A DNA stretch of 62,786 nt, taken from the NCBI GenBank assembly GCA_964490075.1, contig CAZBBK010000008.1, positions 62,001 to 124,786 on the forward strand. Reading direction: 5' to 3'. Under the pieces are notes generated by a model that was not told the origin of the DNA, ran no database searches, and worked only from the letters and a program-made list of their open reading frames with translations. Below, one piece after another: positions 40,315 through 50,582 of the stretch (position 1 is the first letter of the stretch; every line of letters begins with the position of its first letter). The translations under genes and the position numbers were made by a program. Source of the DNA: an uncultured Gemmatimonadota bacterium (GTDB taxonomy: Bacteria; GCA-2686955).

Positions 40315-40370
40315 CATCCAAGAGGCGTCAGAGCAATCCGGCGCCGAAGATCAACCGAGAGGGGTGGATC

Positions 40371-41825
40371 GTGGACGGTCCACCCCTCGTCGATTTGAGG
40401 CGAGGACCAGCGACTCTGTTCGGAAAGGCGCTACCCCCGGTGCAAGACGGGAGCGATCGATCGCTGCAGGTCGACCTGGCCAAGCGCAAGAGACAGGTCT
40501 TGGTGGGCCTGGTCTTCTCGGCGCTCTTTCTCGTGTTGCTGAACGCCGGGGCGTGGCTGCGCTATGTGCAGACGAAAGCGCGATTCGAAGCGCTCCATGG
40601 CCAGCGGCTCTTGGCCGTGGCCCGAACCACGGCACAGGGATTGGGCTACTCCGAGCTGCAACTGCTGCACAGTCCTCGCATGCCCGAGACATGGGAGGTG
40701 CAGCATCGACTCGAGAAGATCGGCGCGGCCAACGATCTGGGCGCCCTGTTCGTCGTGGACGGTGGAGGGGCGGTGCTGCTGGATACCCGAACTCCGGCCG
40801 CGGCGGGGGGGCGCTTCACCCATCTCGGACCCGATACGACGGCGTGCAGGCACGCGCTCAATGGCCATGAAGCCCTGGGCGAGCTGCACCGGATCGCCGG
40901 TGAGCTCTTCCGGGTGGCGGCGGTGCCGATCTGGATCACCACCTCGACCGGAGATCGCGACATCGGCGCGGCGCTGGGGGTCGACGCGGCGGCCTCGTAC
41001 CTCTCGGTGTTGGACAGCCAGCGGCGCTCTCTCTTGTTCTTCGGATTCGCGTCGCTATTGGGACTGGTCGCTGTCGTGGGGGTCTTGGCGCGCTCGGTAA
41101 CGGCGTTGATCCGGGCGCAGGACGCCCTGCGAGAGGCCGAGCAGCTCTCCGTTATCGGAAGGCTGGCGCCCGCGATCGCCCACGAGATCCGCAATCCGCT
41201 CGAGATCATCAAGGGCTCCGCCGACGTGATCCGGAGAAAGTACGGTGCTTCCGCGGACATCGACGAGCTCTTCACCTTCATCCCCGCCGAAGTGTCGCGA
41301 ATCGATCGCCTGATCGCGGGCTTTCTCTCGCTGGCGAGACCGCTGGCCCTGTCGATCGAGGCGGTCGATGCCGTGGAGCTTGTGCGGCGGGTCGTCGTGG
41401 GCCTGCAGGCGCGTTTCGAAGAGAGCGCCATCGATTGCCACATCGAATCCCCGGACGGCTTACCACGCGTGGCGGCCGACCCGGACCGACTGCAACAGGT
41501 TGTCTTGAATCTGGTCGTGAACGCCGCGGCCAGTCTGGAGAGCCAGAATCCGAATCAAGAGCGGCAGCTGCGTATCGTCGCGACGGCGTGCACGCTGCAC
41601 GGCCGAGATGCGATCGAGCTGGCGGTGGAGGACAACGGGCCGGGGATCGCGAAAGAGCATCGTGTTCGCATCTTCGAGCCCTTCTTCACCACGCGAGGAG
41701 CCAAAGGTACCGGGCTCGGTCTGGCGGTCACACGTAGGATCGTGCGCGACCACGGCGGCGAGATCGAGCTCGACGAGTCCTGCGAGGGCGGCGCACGCTT
41801 CAGCGTCCGCCTTCCCGCAATTTGA
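40371..41825 (+). CDS. Membrane sensor histidine kinase
   Basis: Two TM segments around a periplasmic domain; AHEIRNPL, NLVVNA, DNGPG, FFTT, GTGLGL. Confidence 0.93.
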   Translation: MDGPPLVDLRRGPATLFGKALPPVQDGSDRSLQVDLAKRKRQVLVGLVFSALFLVLLNAGAWLRYVQTKARFEALHGQRLLAVARTTAQGLGYSELQLLHSPRMPETWEVQHRLEKIGAANDLGALFVVDGGGAVLLDTRTPAAAGGRFTHLGPDTTACRHALNGHEALGELHRIAGELFRVAAVPIWITTSTGDRDIGAALGVDAAASYLSVLDSQRRSLLFFGFASLLGLVAVVGVLARSVTALIRAQDALREAEQLSVIGRLAPAIAHEIRNPLEIIKGSADVIRRKYGASADIDELFTFIPAEVSRIDRLIAGFLSLARPLALSIEAVDAVELVRRVVVGLQARFEESAIDCHIESPDGLPRVAADPDRLQQVVLNLVVNAAASLESQNPNQERQLRIVATACTLHGRDAIELAVEDNGPGIAKEHRVRIFEPFFTTRGAKGTGLGLAVTRRIVRDHGGEIELDESCEGGARFSVRLPAI

Positions 41826-41849
41826 CCCGTCGCCCGAGGAGGAGCAGGC

Positions 41850-43193
41850 ATGGCGAAGATCCTGATCGTGGACGACGAGCGCAAGGTGCGCGTAGTGCTC
41901 AAGAACCTGCTGGAGTTGGACGGGCACGATGTGCGCGAAGCGGAGGATGGGGCCTACGCCCTCCAGGCGATCGAAGGCGAGGCGCCCGACCTGGTGATCT
42001 CCGATATCAAGATGCCGGGACTGGACGGTCTTGCGCTGCTCAGGGAGCTCAAGGCGCGGGCGATTCCCAGCGAGGTGATCTTGATGACGGCCTACGCGTC
42101 GGCGAAGACCGCGGTGGAAGCGATGCGCGCGGGCGCTCACGACTACCTCATCAAGCCCTTCGAAAACGACGAAGTGTTGCTGCGAATCAACCGACTGCTG
42201 GAGGGGCGAGGCCTGGAGCGCCAGAACGCGGCGCTCCGCCAGGAGCTGTCGGTCGGACCCTTCGGCGTCGACCGAGTCGTCTATCGCAGCGCCGCGATGG
42301 GGATCGTGCTGCAGATGGCCGAAAAGGTGGCGGCCACCGATGCGACCGTGCTCTTGCGGGGTGAGAGCGGGACCGGCAAGGAGGTGATCGCGGAGTGCAT
42401 CCACACCTCTTCCAGCCGCGCATCGCGACCCCTGCTGCGGATCAACTGCGGAGCGCTGGCCGAGAACCTCCTGGAATCGGAGCTCTTCGGCCACGAGAAG
42501 GGTGCCTTCACCGGAGCCCTTGCGCGCAAGATCGGCGTGTTCGAGACGGCCGACGGGGGCACCATCTTCCTCGACGAGATCGGTGAGACCCCACCGCCCC
42601 TGCAGGTGAAGCTGCTGCGGGTGCTGGAGAGCAGCACCTTCTCGCGGCTCGGCAGCCTGGACCCGATCACGGTCGATGTGCGCGTCATCGCAGCCACCAA
42701 CAAGGACCTGGAAGAGGCCATGGCCGAAGGTGCATTTCGCGAGGATCTCTTCTACCGGCTGGCCGTGTTTCCGATCGAGATGCCGCCGCTGCGCTCCCGA
42801 AGCGAGGACATCTTGCCGCTGGCGGAGCATTTCCTGCGCCGCCACGGCCGCGATTCCTCCGCCCTCACCGAGAACGCGCGCCAGCGCCTGGAGGGTTACC
42901 GGTGGCCCGGCAACGTCCGGGAGCTCCGGAACGTCATCGAGCGGGCGTGCATCCTGGCCGCCGCCGCGGCGATCGACGGGGACGCTTTGCCCGATCAGGT
43001 TCGCCCGGGCGAGGCGCTCTCCTACAACATCCCCTTCCCGGACGAGGGGCTGGACCTGCGCCAGGTCGAGCAGGACTTGATCCGCCAGGCGCTGCGCAAG
43101 TCGGAGGGCAACAAGTCCCGAGCGGCTGGACTGCTCGGCATCACGCGCAGGACCCTGTACTCGAAGCTGGAGAAGTACGGAGATCTCTCGTGA
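41850..43193 (+). CDS. sigma54-dependent response regulator (NtrC/ZraR family)
   Basis: Receiver domain; GESGTGKE, ESELFGHEKGAFTGA, FLDEIGE, WPGNVREL; Fis-type HTH. Confidence 0.97.
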   Translation: MAKILIVDDERKVRVVLKNLLELDGHDVREAEDGAYALQAIEGEAPDLVISDIKMPGLDGLALLRELKARAIPSEVILMTAYASAKTAVEAMRAGAHDYLIKPFENDEVLLRINRLLEGRGLERQNAALRQELSVGPFGVDRVVYRSAAMGIVLQMAEKVAATDATVLLRGESGTGKEVIAECIHTSSSRASRPLLRINCGALAENLLESELFGHEKGAFTGALARKIGVFETADGGTIFLDEIGETPPPLQVKLLRVLESSTFSRLGSLDPITVDVRVIAATNKDLEEAMAEGAFREDLFYRLAVFPIEMPPLRSRSEDILPLAEHFLRRHGRDSSALTENARQRLEGYRWPGNVRELRNVIERACILAAAAAIDGDALPDQVRPGEALSYNIPFPDEGLDLRQVEQDLIRQALRKSEGNKSRAAGLLGITRRTLYSKLEKYGDLS

Positions 43194-43285
43194 TCGTGGA
43201 CGCTTTCGGTCAATGGGTGCACCGAAGGGGGCGGCATCCGGATCGGTCGGGCGCCAAGGGTGTTGCGGCGCGAGGACCCGGTGGC

Positions 43286-43301
43286 CGGCACGGAAGTTGC
43301 A
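43286..43301 (+). promoter_or_regulatory. sigma54 (-24/-12) promoter
   Basis: CGGCACGGAAGTTGCA (GG-N10-GC) immediately downstream of the activator gene. Confidence 0.75.
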
Positions 43302-43344
43302 TTTCCATAGACGCCGGGCTTTGGGACTCACCAGGTGCGAACCC

Positions 43345-44619
43345 GTGATTCAGCGAACCTCCAGGCTCCGCAACGCCATCCGATTCTCTGCGGCATTGAT
43401 CTTCTTGCTCGCCGCCAGTTCGATGGCGGATGCCGCGCTCCGTTCTCAGCGCCCGCACCATCCGGGGCATCGTGTCCGACCCCACGATGGGCACGCACCG
43501 GCCGCGCCGGGAAGGGCGGTCGCTCCGCGGCACGACCTGCCGCCTTCCCGGGCGGTGGTTCCGCAGCGCCCGATCGCGGAGCGTGGGGCCCTGGCCGAAA
43601 GAGCGCGCGCTCTGATCGAGCAGGCGCGTGCCGTGGAGCAGCCGAGGGACCTTCTGCTCGGCGCCTCGACGCTGCTGGAGGCCAGGCTGGCGAAACGCCA
43701 CACTCCTTCCGAGGAATCCTTGCGCCAACGCATCGCGGCGCTCTCCACGGAGCTCGACCGGCGCGGTGGCGAGGCACACGCCGAGCTCCTCTGCCGGGAG
43801 AGCGAAAGGGCGAGGGCGCGGGTCGACGAGCATCTGGCTCGTGGCGCCTTGACCGACGCAGACCTGGCGCAGAGCGCCGCCGAGCTGCTCTTCCGCCGCT
43901 CCTTCCACGCCGGGGAGATCGACGCTCGGGACGTTGGAGACGTGGACCTCGGCCTGCTCGAGCAGAGGGTTGCCAAGCTGCGCGGCCAGGGCCGGCATCC
44001 GGCGATCGCAGAGAGCGTGGAGCTCGAGCTGACACTGGCCAGGGAGGCGATGGCGAAGGGATCGGGAGACATCGCCGGGAGGAGCGCCGCGCGTGCCCAC
44101 AAGCTCTTGCAGCTGGGCGCGAGCCTGGAGCGGAATCGTCCTTCCGCCGGCCTGGGGCTCGCCGATCGCGAGCGTCCGCTCGATCGCGAGTTCGCCCGCT
44201 TCGACCAGATGCTCTCCGAGACCGCCCCTCGCGTGGGGGAGGCGCCGCGCCACCGCGAGCTCTATCGCCGGGCCGTCGAGCACCAATCCCGAGCCAGGCG
44301 ATGGGTCGTGGCCGGGCAACCGCGCAGAGCCCATCGCGAGATCGTCGATGGCACCCGGCTCTTGCTCAGGCTGATCGAGGAGTCTCGAAGCGTCGACCTG
44401 AGCGCCGATCTCGCCAAGCTCGACGAGCTTTTGGTCGTCGCACGGGAACGTGTCGAGGGCCTGCCCGCGGATGCTCGGGCGCGGGCCCTGCTCCTGCGGG
44501 CGGAGCGGCTGCGGGCCGAGGCCGAAGCCGGCGCCGCGGATCCGAAGCGCGCGAAGGAATCCGCGAACACCGCCCAGGAGATCCTCTTCGAAGTGCTCTC
44601 GTTGACGAGGGATCGATAG
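43345..44619 (+). CDS. Secreted all-helical hypothetical protein with His/Pro-rich N-terminus
   Basis: GTG start downstream of the sigma54 site; signal peptide ending ADA; RPHHPGHRVRPHDGH; Ala/Arg/Glu/Leu-rich helices. Confidence 0.6.
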   Translation: MIQRTSRLRNAIRFSAALIFLLAASSMADAALRSQRPHHPGHRVRPHDGHAPAAPGRAVAPRHDLPPSRAVVPQRPIAERGALAERARALIEQARAVEQPRDLLLGASTLLEARLAKRHTPSEESLRQRIAALSTELDRRGGEAHAELLCRESERARARVDEHLARGALTDADLAQSAAELLFRRSFHAGEIDARDVGDVDLGLLEQRVAKLRGQGRHPAIAESVELELTLAREAMAKGSGDIAGRSAARAHKLLQLGASLERNRPSAGLGLADRERPLDREFARFDQMLSETAPRVGEAPRHRELYRRAVEHQSRARRWVVAGQPRRAHREIVDGTRLLLRLIEESRSVDLSADLAKLDELLVVARERVEGLPADARARALLLRAERLRAEAEAGAADPKRAKESANTAQEILFEVLSLTRDR

Positions 44620-44729
44620 CGCGACGTAGCCCGCGACGTGCTAGCCTTCAGAGCGGTCCCGGCGCCGGCAGTGGTAGCAGCCAGCAATCGCTCGAGGACC
44701 GAACCAGTACCAAATCGGAGTCTCGTCCC

Positions 44730-45317
44730 GTGGTCAACAAGGTCATTCTGATCGGCAATCTCACCGCCGACCCCGAACGACGCACCACCCCCCAGGGGAA
44801 CGTCGTCGTCAACATCCGCTTCGCCACCAACGAGAAGTACAAGGACCGGGAAGGTACTCTCCAGGAGCGAACCGAGTTCCACCGTGTCGTCTTCTGGGGG
44901 AAGCAGGCGGAGACCATCGACCGCTTCGCCCGCAAGGGTAAGGCCCTCTTCATCGAAGGGCGCATCCAGACGCGTGAGTACCAGGATCGCGACGGCAACC
45001 GAAGATGGGCCACCGACATCGTCGCTCGAGATTTTAAGTTCCTGGGCTCGCGGCGAGATGGCGAGGGCGGCGACTGGCAACGCGACCGTGCCGAGACATC
45101 TCAGGCCAATCGCCCCGAAAACGATCGCGGATCCTCGGGCGGCGGCGACGCGCGCCCCTCAGCCCCGCCGAACAATCGCGACCAGGCTCCGGGTGGCTCC
45201 TCCGGCTCCGACTGGGGGCAGCGCTCGAACCCGGGCTCGGGCGAATCGACCAAGGAGCCCTTCAACGACGCCGATCCATGGGGCGGGCCGGGTTCCGACG
45301 AGGATCTGCCCTTCTGA
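44730..45317 (+). CDS. ssb: Single-stranded DNA-binding protein
   Basis: VNKVILIGNL.ADPE, TEFHRVVFWG, EGRIQTR, disordered tail ending EDLPF. Confidence 0.97.
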   Translation: MVNKVILIGNLTADPERRTTPQGNVVVNIRFATNEKYKDREGTLQERTEFHRVVFWGKQAETIDRFARKGKALFIEGRIQTREYQDRDGNRRWATDIVARDFKFLGSRRDGEGGDWQRDRAETSQANRPENDRGSSGGGDARPSAPPNNRDQAPGGSSGSDWGQRSNPGSGESTKEPFNDADPWGGPGSDEDLPF

Positions 45318-46223
45318 TCACTCGTCGACGATCAGTCGGGCGACCTTCTCCAGGCGAAGCTCGCTTCCCACGAGCATGTTGGATCGCTGGCCATCGAGTC
45401 GGACCAGGGCGTTGAGCGGCTGAGCCTTGGCGCGGAAGCGCAGCGGCGGTTTTCGCCCCCGCAGGAACAGGGTGTCGAGCGCCGTCTTTTCGAACTCGAC
45501 TCCCGCCGGTCCCGCCGCCACGAAGCCCCCGATCTTCATCGATTCGGGCCAGCTCAGGTGCCATCCGAGCTCGTCCAACCACAGATTCGCGCCGGCCTCT
45601 TCCGGCGGGGGCAGTCCCGCGGACCAGGCGTCGCCGAGCGTCGCTCTGTGCGGGACCGCGATGCCGGCGAGGGCGAGATCCAGCCAGTTTTCGCGTCGTT
45701 CCAGCGAATCGCTGAAAGCTGCCCGAGGATCGGGGTCGGCGCCGGCTCCGCTCGATGCGCCAAGCGGATCGCGCTCAGTCGGCAGCAAGAAAGGGAAACC
45801 GGGTGGGTGCCGGTCCCCCTCGCGCCCCAGGAAGACCGCCTCGCGGTCCTCGAGCCCGTCGATGGTGATCCGCAGGCTGATCGCCGCTCCCGATGCGTCG
45901 AGATCGAGCCCCTGGGACGTGCCGGCGTAGCGGGCTCTGAACTGCACCCGGCGCGGAGCCGCCTCGATTCGTAGCCGGGTCGAGTCGGCTCCGACGGCGT
46001 ACGCGGCATCGAAGTGCCCCGGGCCACGCAGCACGACATCGCCTTCGAACACCGCCCTCTCGTTGCTGGTATCCCAGCGCAGATGCCATCCCTTCGCGCC
46101 GGCCCAGACGCGAACCCTATGGGGCGAGCTTTCCTCTTCTTCCTCCGCGGCCTCTTCGGCCGGCGCGGCGAGCGTGGAGGCGAGGATGCAGAGGGTCGTC
46201 AGGATCCGAGTTGCTGTGCGCAC
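45318..46223 (-). CDS. Secreted hypothetical protein with an internally duplicated GWHLxW domain
   Basis: Signal peptide; VWAGAKGWHLRW and LWLDELGWHLSW repeats. Confidence 0.55.
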   Translation of the reverse strand: MRTATRILTTLCILASTLAAPAEEAAEEEEESSPHRVRVWAGAKGWHLRWDTSNERAVFEGDVVLRGPGHFDAAYAVGADSTRLRIEAAPRRVQFRARYAGTSQGLDLDASGAAISLRITIDGLEDREAVFLGREGDRHPPGFPFLLPTERDPLGASSGAGADPDPRAAFSDSLERRENWLDLALAGIAVPHRATLGDAWSAGLPPPEEAGANLWLDELGWHLSWPESMKIGGFVAAGPAGVEFEKTALDTLFLRGRKPPLRFRAKAQPLNALVRLDGQRSNMLVGSELRLEKVARLIVDE

Positions 46224-46230
46224 GGCACGC

Positions 46231-46259
46231 AGACTAGGAACCGGTCGCCCGTGTGTCAA
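46231..46259 (-). promoter_or_regulatory. sigma70 promoter, probably giving a leaderless mRNA
   Basis: TTGACA-N17-TAGTCT; GTG start 7 nt after the -10 box. Confidence 0.6.
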
Positions 46260-46315
46260 TCGCGGGCGAGGGAGGCCCCGTTGCGGATAGGCTCTTCCCC
46301 CTACAGGAGACATCG

Positions 46316-47089
46316 ATGCGGGCGGAACCGAAGCTCGTTCTTTCCCTGGCCTGGTGCGTTGCGCTCCGGGCGAACGCGTCGCCGCTGGACCTCCCCTTCT
46401 CGGCGGCAATGGCGGGAGCGGGGACGGCGATCGCCAGAGGTGCCCAAGCGCTCGAAACGAACCCGGCGGGGGTGGCTCTGGGCGAGCCTCTCGACCTGGC
46501 GCTCTACTGGTCCGAGGACCGCGCCGCGTCGCGGAACGAGCTGGGGGCCGGCCTGACGTTGCGCAGCGACCAGCTCGGCGTGGGGGCGCTGGTCGCGATC
46601 CCGGCGGAGCGCGCCAATCCCCTTCCCTCGGACTGGGCCCTGGTCGTCGCGGCCGCTCCAATGAGGCGGCCTCATGGCGGATACCTCGCACTCGGCGGCG
46701 CACTACGCAAAAGGGAGGAGCGCGTGCTCGGCGAGATCGCGCTGGCGGCCGAGCCGGTGCCGATGGTCAGCGTGGGCGCAGTGATCCGAGCCGCCCTCGA
46801 GCGGAACGATCCGAGTCCGGAGATCACCGCCGGCGTGGCGCATCGCTGGGCCGATGTTCTCGAGCTGGTCGCCGAGCGTAGCTTCCGGTCAGGGGCCGCG
46901 GACGAGGTCCGATTCGGCGCCCAGCTCGAGCTGAGTGAGGCGGTGGCGCTGCGCACCGGCGCCCTGCCGCACGGCCTCAGCTGGGGAGTGGGCTGGCGCC
47001 TGGGCGGCTGGCGCGCCGATCTCGCGGCGGTTGCCGACCGCCGCAGGGGTCTGGCCTGGAGCGGCGGCGTCGGGATCGAGGTGCGATGA
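46316..47089 (+). CDS. Divergent PorV/PorQ-like outer-membrane beta-barrel
   Basis: AGGAG RBS; signal peptide; AMAGAGTA..ALETNPAG; alternating beta-strand pattern; LRTG..GLSWGVG. Confidence 0.6.
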   Translation: MRAEPKLVLSLAWCVALRANASPLDLPFSAAMAGAGTAIARGAQALETNPAGVALGEPLDLALYWSEDRAASRNELGAGLTLRSDQLGVGALVAIPAERANPLPSDWALVVAAAPMRRPHGGYLALGGALRKREERVLGEIALAAEPVPMVSVGAVIRAALERNDPSPEITAGVAHRWADVLELVAERSFRSGAADEVRFGAQLELSEAVALRTGALPHGLSWGVGWRLGGWRADLAAVADRRRGLAWSGGVGIEVR

Positions 47090-48474
47090 AGCGTTCGGCG
47101 TCTTCGGCGGGACTGTGGATGCTCCTTGCTTCCCGATGCCTGGGCGACGTCGCGATCGATTCGACCGTAGTCGCCTTCGAGCTGCGGCGGAGCTTGAGCG
47201 GCGGCGAGGACCTCGTGGAACCGGAGCGGCTCGACCTGACGTTGGCCTTGCCCGGCGCCGACTGGCGAGCGTCGGCGACGGCACGAATTCCGCTGCAGGC
47301 CGATCCCGTCCGCCTGCAGATCGATTCGGGCCATCTCGGCTGGACTTTCCCCGGGGAGCGTTTCGGCGGGATCTTCTTCTACGGAGAGAACCGGTCGATG
47401 CTGCCCCAGAACCGGCTGCCCCTGGTCGACCTGTCCGATCGCTGGCAGGGCATGAGGGGGGTCCGTTTCGAAACCGCGGGCGGCCGATCGGGCGGCACTA
47501 CGGTCGGTGCGATTCAGCTCGCCACCCTTCCGGGCACCGGGAGCTCGACGGCCTCCGCCTGGGCCGAACACAGGACGGCCCGGGTGAGCCATCGGGTCGC
47601 CGGGCTGCGCTTCGACGATTCCGGCGCCGGCCCGGAGGCAGAGGGTTGCGCCGCCGCGGTCTGGACTCTGAGCGGGCGGACCGGGGCCGATCGATCGCTC
47701 TGGATCGGCGAGCTGGGGATCTCTTCGGGAGGAGGATGGGCCGCCGCCCTCGAGGCCCGCGAGCTGCGGGTCTCGGGTGGGTCGATGGGTGCGATCGTCT
47801 TCCAGCCGAGGGTCGAGTGGATCACGCCGGATTGGCGATCGCCGATGGCGACGGCGGAGCCGGGAGAAACGCGGCTGGCGATCGAGCTCCGAGCGCTACC
47901 CTTCGGGGTCCGATTCGGCCTCCGCGCTCAGCGCTCCTCGGCCTGGCATCGAAGGCCGTGGGACGGTGACGCCGATCACAGAATCGAAGTCGATGCCGGC
48001 GGACCCCTGGGAGTCGGACTCGACTGGCGACTGCGCGGCTCGAGCGGGCGCAGCGCCGAGCGGATCGAGGTGACAGCCGTGGGGCCGAGAGTCGTGGAGC
48101 TCGATGCGTCTACCGCCCAGCACGACCTGCTCGCTGAGCTGAGCGGGGCGACGCAATCGACCTGGGCCAGAGCTCAGGTGCGTCATGCCTGGTTCGACGA
48201 ATCGACGGTCGTTGGCACCGAGTGGGGGGCGCGATTGAGCCCCAGCGTCACCGCGATCGGGCGCTTGCTGGCCGGCGCGCGCTCAGGAGCCCAGGCCCGC
48301 ACAGCCCATCTGGCCATGCTGCAATCCACGCCCCATCCGCGCCTACAAGTGGAGCTCCAGGTCGGCATGCCCGGGCTCGGCGATCGAGGCACGCTGACCG
48401 AGGACGCGTCGCTCTTCGACCTCGAACGCCCCGATCAGCGGGTGTCGGTGGTCTTGAGGGGGGCCATCGATTGA
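47086..48474 (+). CDS. Hypothetical secreted or outer-membrane beta-rich protein
   Basis: Signal-like N-terminus; amphipathic strands; ATGA coupling to the upstream gene. Confidence 0.55.
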   Translation: MKRSASSAGLWMLLASRCLGDVAIDSTVVAFELRRSLSGGEDLVEPERLDLTLALPGADWRASATARIPLQADPVRLQIDSGHLGWTFPGERFGGIFFYGENRSMLPQNRLPLVDLSDRWQGMRGVRFETAGGRSGGTTVGAIQLATLPGTGSSTASAWAEHRTARVSHRVAGLRFDDSGAGPEAEGCAAAVWTLSGRTGADRSLWIGELGISSGGGWAAALEARELRVSGGSMGAIVFQPRVEWITPDWRSPMATAEPGETRLAIELRALPFGVRFGLRAQRSSAWHRRPWDGDADHRIEVDAGGPLGVGLDWRLRGSSGRSAERIEVTAVGPRVVELDASTAQHDLLAELSGATQSTWARAQVRHAWFDESTVVGTEWGARLSPSVTAIGRLLAGARSGAQARTAHLAMLQSTPHPRLQVELQVGMPGLGDRGTLTEDASLFDLERPDQRVSVVLRGAID

Positions 48475-50582
48475 GGCGCGCTCTCCTCGTTGCTCTGATC
48501 GCGCTCGGCGCGGCATGGCCTCGACGCGCGGCCGCACAGGCTCCGGCAGTGGCCGAAGACGCCGAGCCGATCGCCGGAGGGCTGGAGGCGCAGGGCGGAT
48601 TCGAGCGAGTGCATCCGGATACGCTGCGTTTCAGCTTGTTCCACGCCACTGCCACCGAGGTCTGGCTGGCCGGGTCCTGGGACGATTGGCGCACGCACCC
48701 GATGCGGCGCGGCGCCGACCGTGCGTGGGTCGCGCGGCTGGCGGTCGCGCCGGGCCGCCACGTCTACCGCTACACGATCGATGGGTTCCCATCCACGGAT
48801 CCGGCGAACCAGGCCATGGATGTCGCCGCGGACGGCGGTCTGGTGAGCGTGCTCGACACGGCCTCGCCCGTTCCGTTGACCGCCGCGTCGAGCGCGACGA
48901 CCGCGGATGCCTCGGCCTCGATCGCCCCGTCTCTGGGTCCGCTGCGTCTGGGAGTGCGCTACCGGGGGGTCAGCCTGCAGGATGTCGAGGGGACCGAGGC
49001 GCTGCCGATCGAGGGCCTGCACACCCTGGATCTTCCGGTGGCGGCCAAGCTCCGCGGCTACGGCAGAACCGACCTGCTCTTTGGATCCCGGGCCAGCGGC
49101 GACACGGAGACCGCCGATGTTCGCCTGCTCCACGTGCGCGCCGCGGTGCGTCTCGACCGGGCCCGGGTGCGCCTGTTCCGGAACTTCCCGGCGCTGCCTT
49201 CCGGCGCTGCCCCTCCGCCCTTGGTGGCGTCGATCGGTCGCTTCGGTCATCCCCTCGGACTCGAATCGCAGGGTGCTTCGGGCAGGCTGCGCTTCGGCGA
49301 TCTGCGGGCGACGGTGTTGCAGCTCGTGGGCGAGGAGGGATTGCTGGGACCCGCGGCTCGACTCGGGGCGGCCGGCGTCTCGGGCCCGATCGCGGGCCTG
49401 CGCCTCTCGTGGTCGGGCGCACGCGAGAGCGACCGCGAGACCCGTTTCGTGGCGGGAGACGAGATCTGGGACGCGCGCCCGGTCGAGGTCGATTCGCTGC
49501 GCGAGGATCGCTCCTCGTGCAACGGCTGGCGCCTGGCGCTGAGCATGCCCGCGCCGGAAGAGGATGGACCGCTGGGGGCGATTTCCTATACACGCGGGGA
49601 GTCGCGTTGGAGCGAGGAGGCCTGGTGGATTGGCGAGCGGCGGTCCGAAGCCGGCGCCGAGGAGAGCTTCGCGATCTCAGACAACCAGAGCTGGAGCGTG
49701 GCGCTCGGCTGGGTCTGGAGCCGAGAGCGAAGGTCGAGCCTGCCGCGCTGGGCGAGGGTTGACTGGGATCGGGAGGAGATCGATCCGGCGCCCGATGCGC
49801 GGCGCTCCGCCGATCGGCTGCGGGGCCGGGTCGGGTGGATCGGGTCGCGGCTCTCGCTCGTCGCCGGGGCCTCCCACCGGCGCACAACCGGTGTCGATCG
49901 TCGCAACGATCCGCTCTTGACCGATTGGGTCTGGCGCGGCATGGCGGAAGGAGTCGGGCGGGCGTCCTGGTGGGAGCTGCCGCTGCTCGGGCTCCCGGGC
50001 CGCTCGGAGCTGACTCTGAGCCTCGAGTACCCCTCCACCGAAGCGGGCGCGCAGGTGATCGACCTCGCTGCCGCCGGAGCCCGCTTCCCCACGCCCGTCT
50101 CGTCGAAACAGCTCCCGTGGGTCGCCAGGCTCGAGAGCGCCGCCTCTTTCGACGGTATGCGCGCCCCGCTCCTGACCACCACGCGCTGCATCGTGGAGCG
50201 AGCGATCGGCGACCAGTTCTTCGCGCGCGCAGACCTCTGGCTGGTGACCCGCGATCAGCCGGCCCTGGCTCTGAGCAGCCGCACGATCGCCCCGTACGGG
50301 GAGTTTGGCTACCGGCCCGGAGGCGGGCTGCTGCTGACCCTGGGACTGGGCGTCGACCCCATTGCCGACGACCCGCTGACCCGCGAGCCGCTCGATCGCG
50401 GCCGCGAGGATTTCCTGGTTGGTCGCGCCGACTACTACGATCTGGTGGAGCTCGACGACGCGCCCTTCGCGCGCTCCCTGCGATCGGCCGAGCACGCGCT
50501 GGCCGGGCGAATTCGAGTGGGATTGGAGCTCGTCTACCGCTTCGGCGAGCCACGCCCGAGGATCCTCGGAGGTTCCCGATGA
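48471..50582 (+). CDS. CBM48/AMPK-beta-like glycogen-binding domain fused to a probable beta-barrel
   Basis: TTG start overlapping the upstream stop; signal peptide; EVWLAGSWDDW..M..W..L..GRHVYRYTIDG..DPAN; C-terminal amphipathic strands. Confidence 0.7.
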   Translation: MRRALLVALIALGAAWPRRAAAQAPAVAEDAEPIAGGLEAQGGFERVHPDTLRFSLFHATATEVWLAGSWDDWRTHPMRRGADRAWVARLAVAPGRHVYRYTIDGFPSTDPANQAMDVAADGGLVSVLDTASPVPLTAASSATTADASASIAPSLGPLRLGVRYRGVSLQDVEGTEALPIEGLHTLDLPVAAKLRGYGRTDLLFGSRASGDTETADVRLLHVRAAVRLDRARVRLFRNFPALPSGAAPPPLVASIGRFGHPLGLESQGASGRLRFGDLRATVLQLVGEEGLLGPAARLGAAGVSGPIAGLRLSWSGARESDRETRFVAGDEIWDARPVEVDSLREDRSSCNGWRLALSMPAPEEDGPLGAISYTRGESRWSEEAWWIGERRSEAGAEESFAISDNQSWSVALGWVWSRERRSSLPRWARVDWDREEIDPAPDARRSADRLRGRVGWIGSRLSLVAGASHRRTTGVDRRNDPLLTDWVWRGMAEGVGRASWWELPLLGLPGRSELTLSLEYPSTEAGAQVIDLAAAGARFPTPVSSKQLPWVARLESAASFDGMRAPLLTTTRCIVERAIGDQFFARADLWLVTRDQPALALSSRTIAPYGEFGYRPGGGLLLTLGLGVDPIADDPLTREPLDRGREDFLVGRADYYDLVELDDAPFARSLRSAEHALAGRIRVGLELVYRFGEPRPRILGGSR

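Noticed and set aside
43335-44729. 660-aa ORF appearing to extend SSB at its N-terminus
   Set aside because: GC-rich shadow frame; ssb has its own GGAG RBS and GTG at 44730, and another frame encodes the signal-peptide protein.
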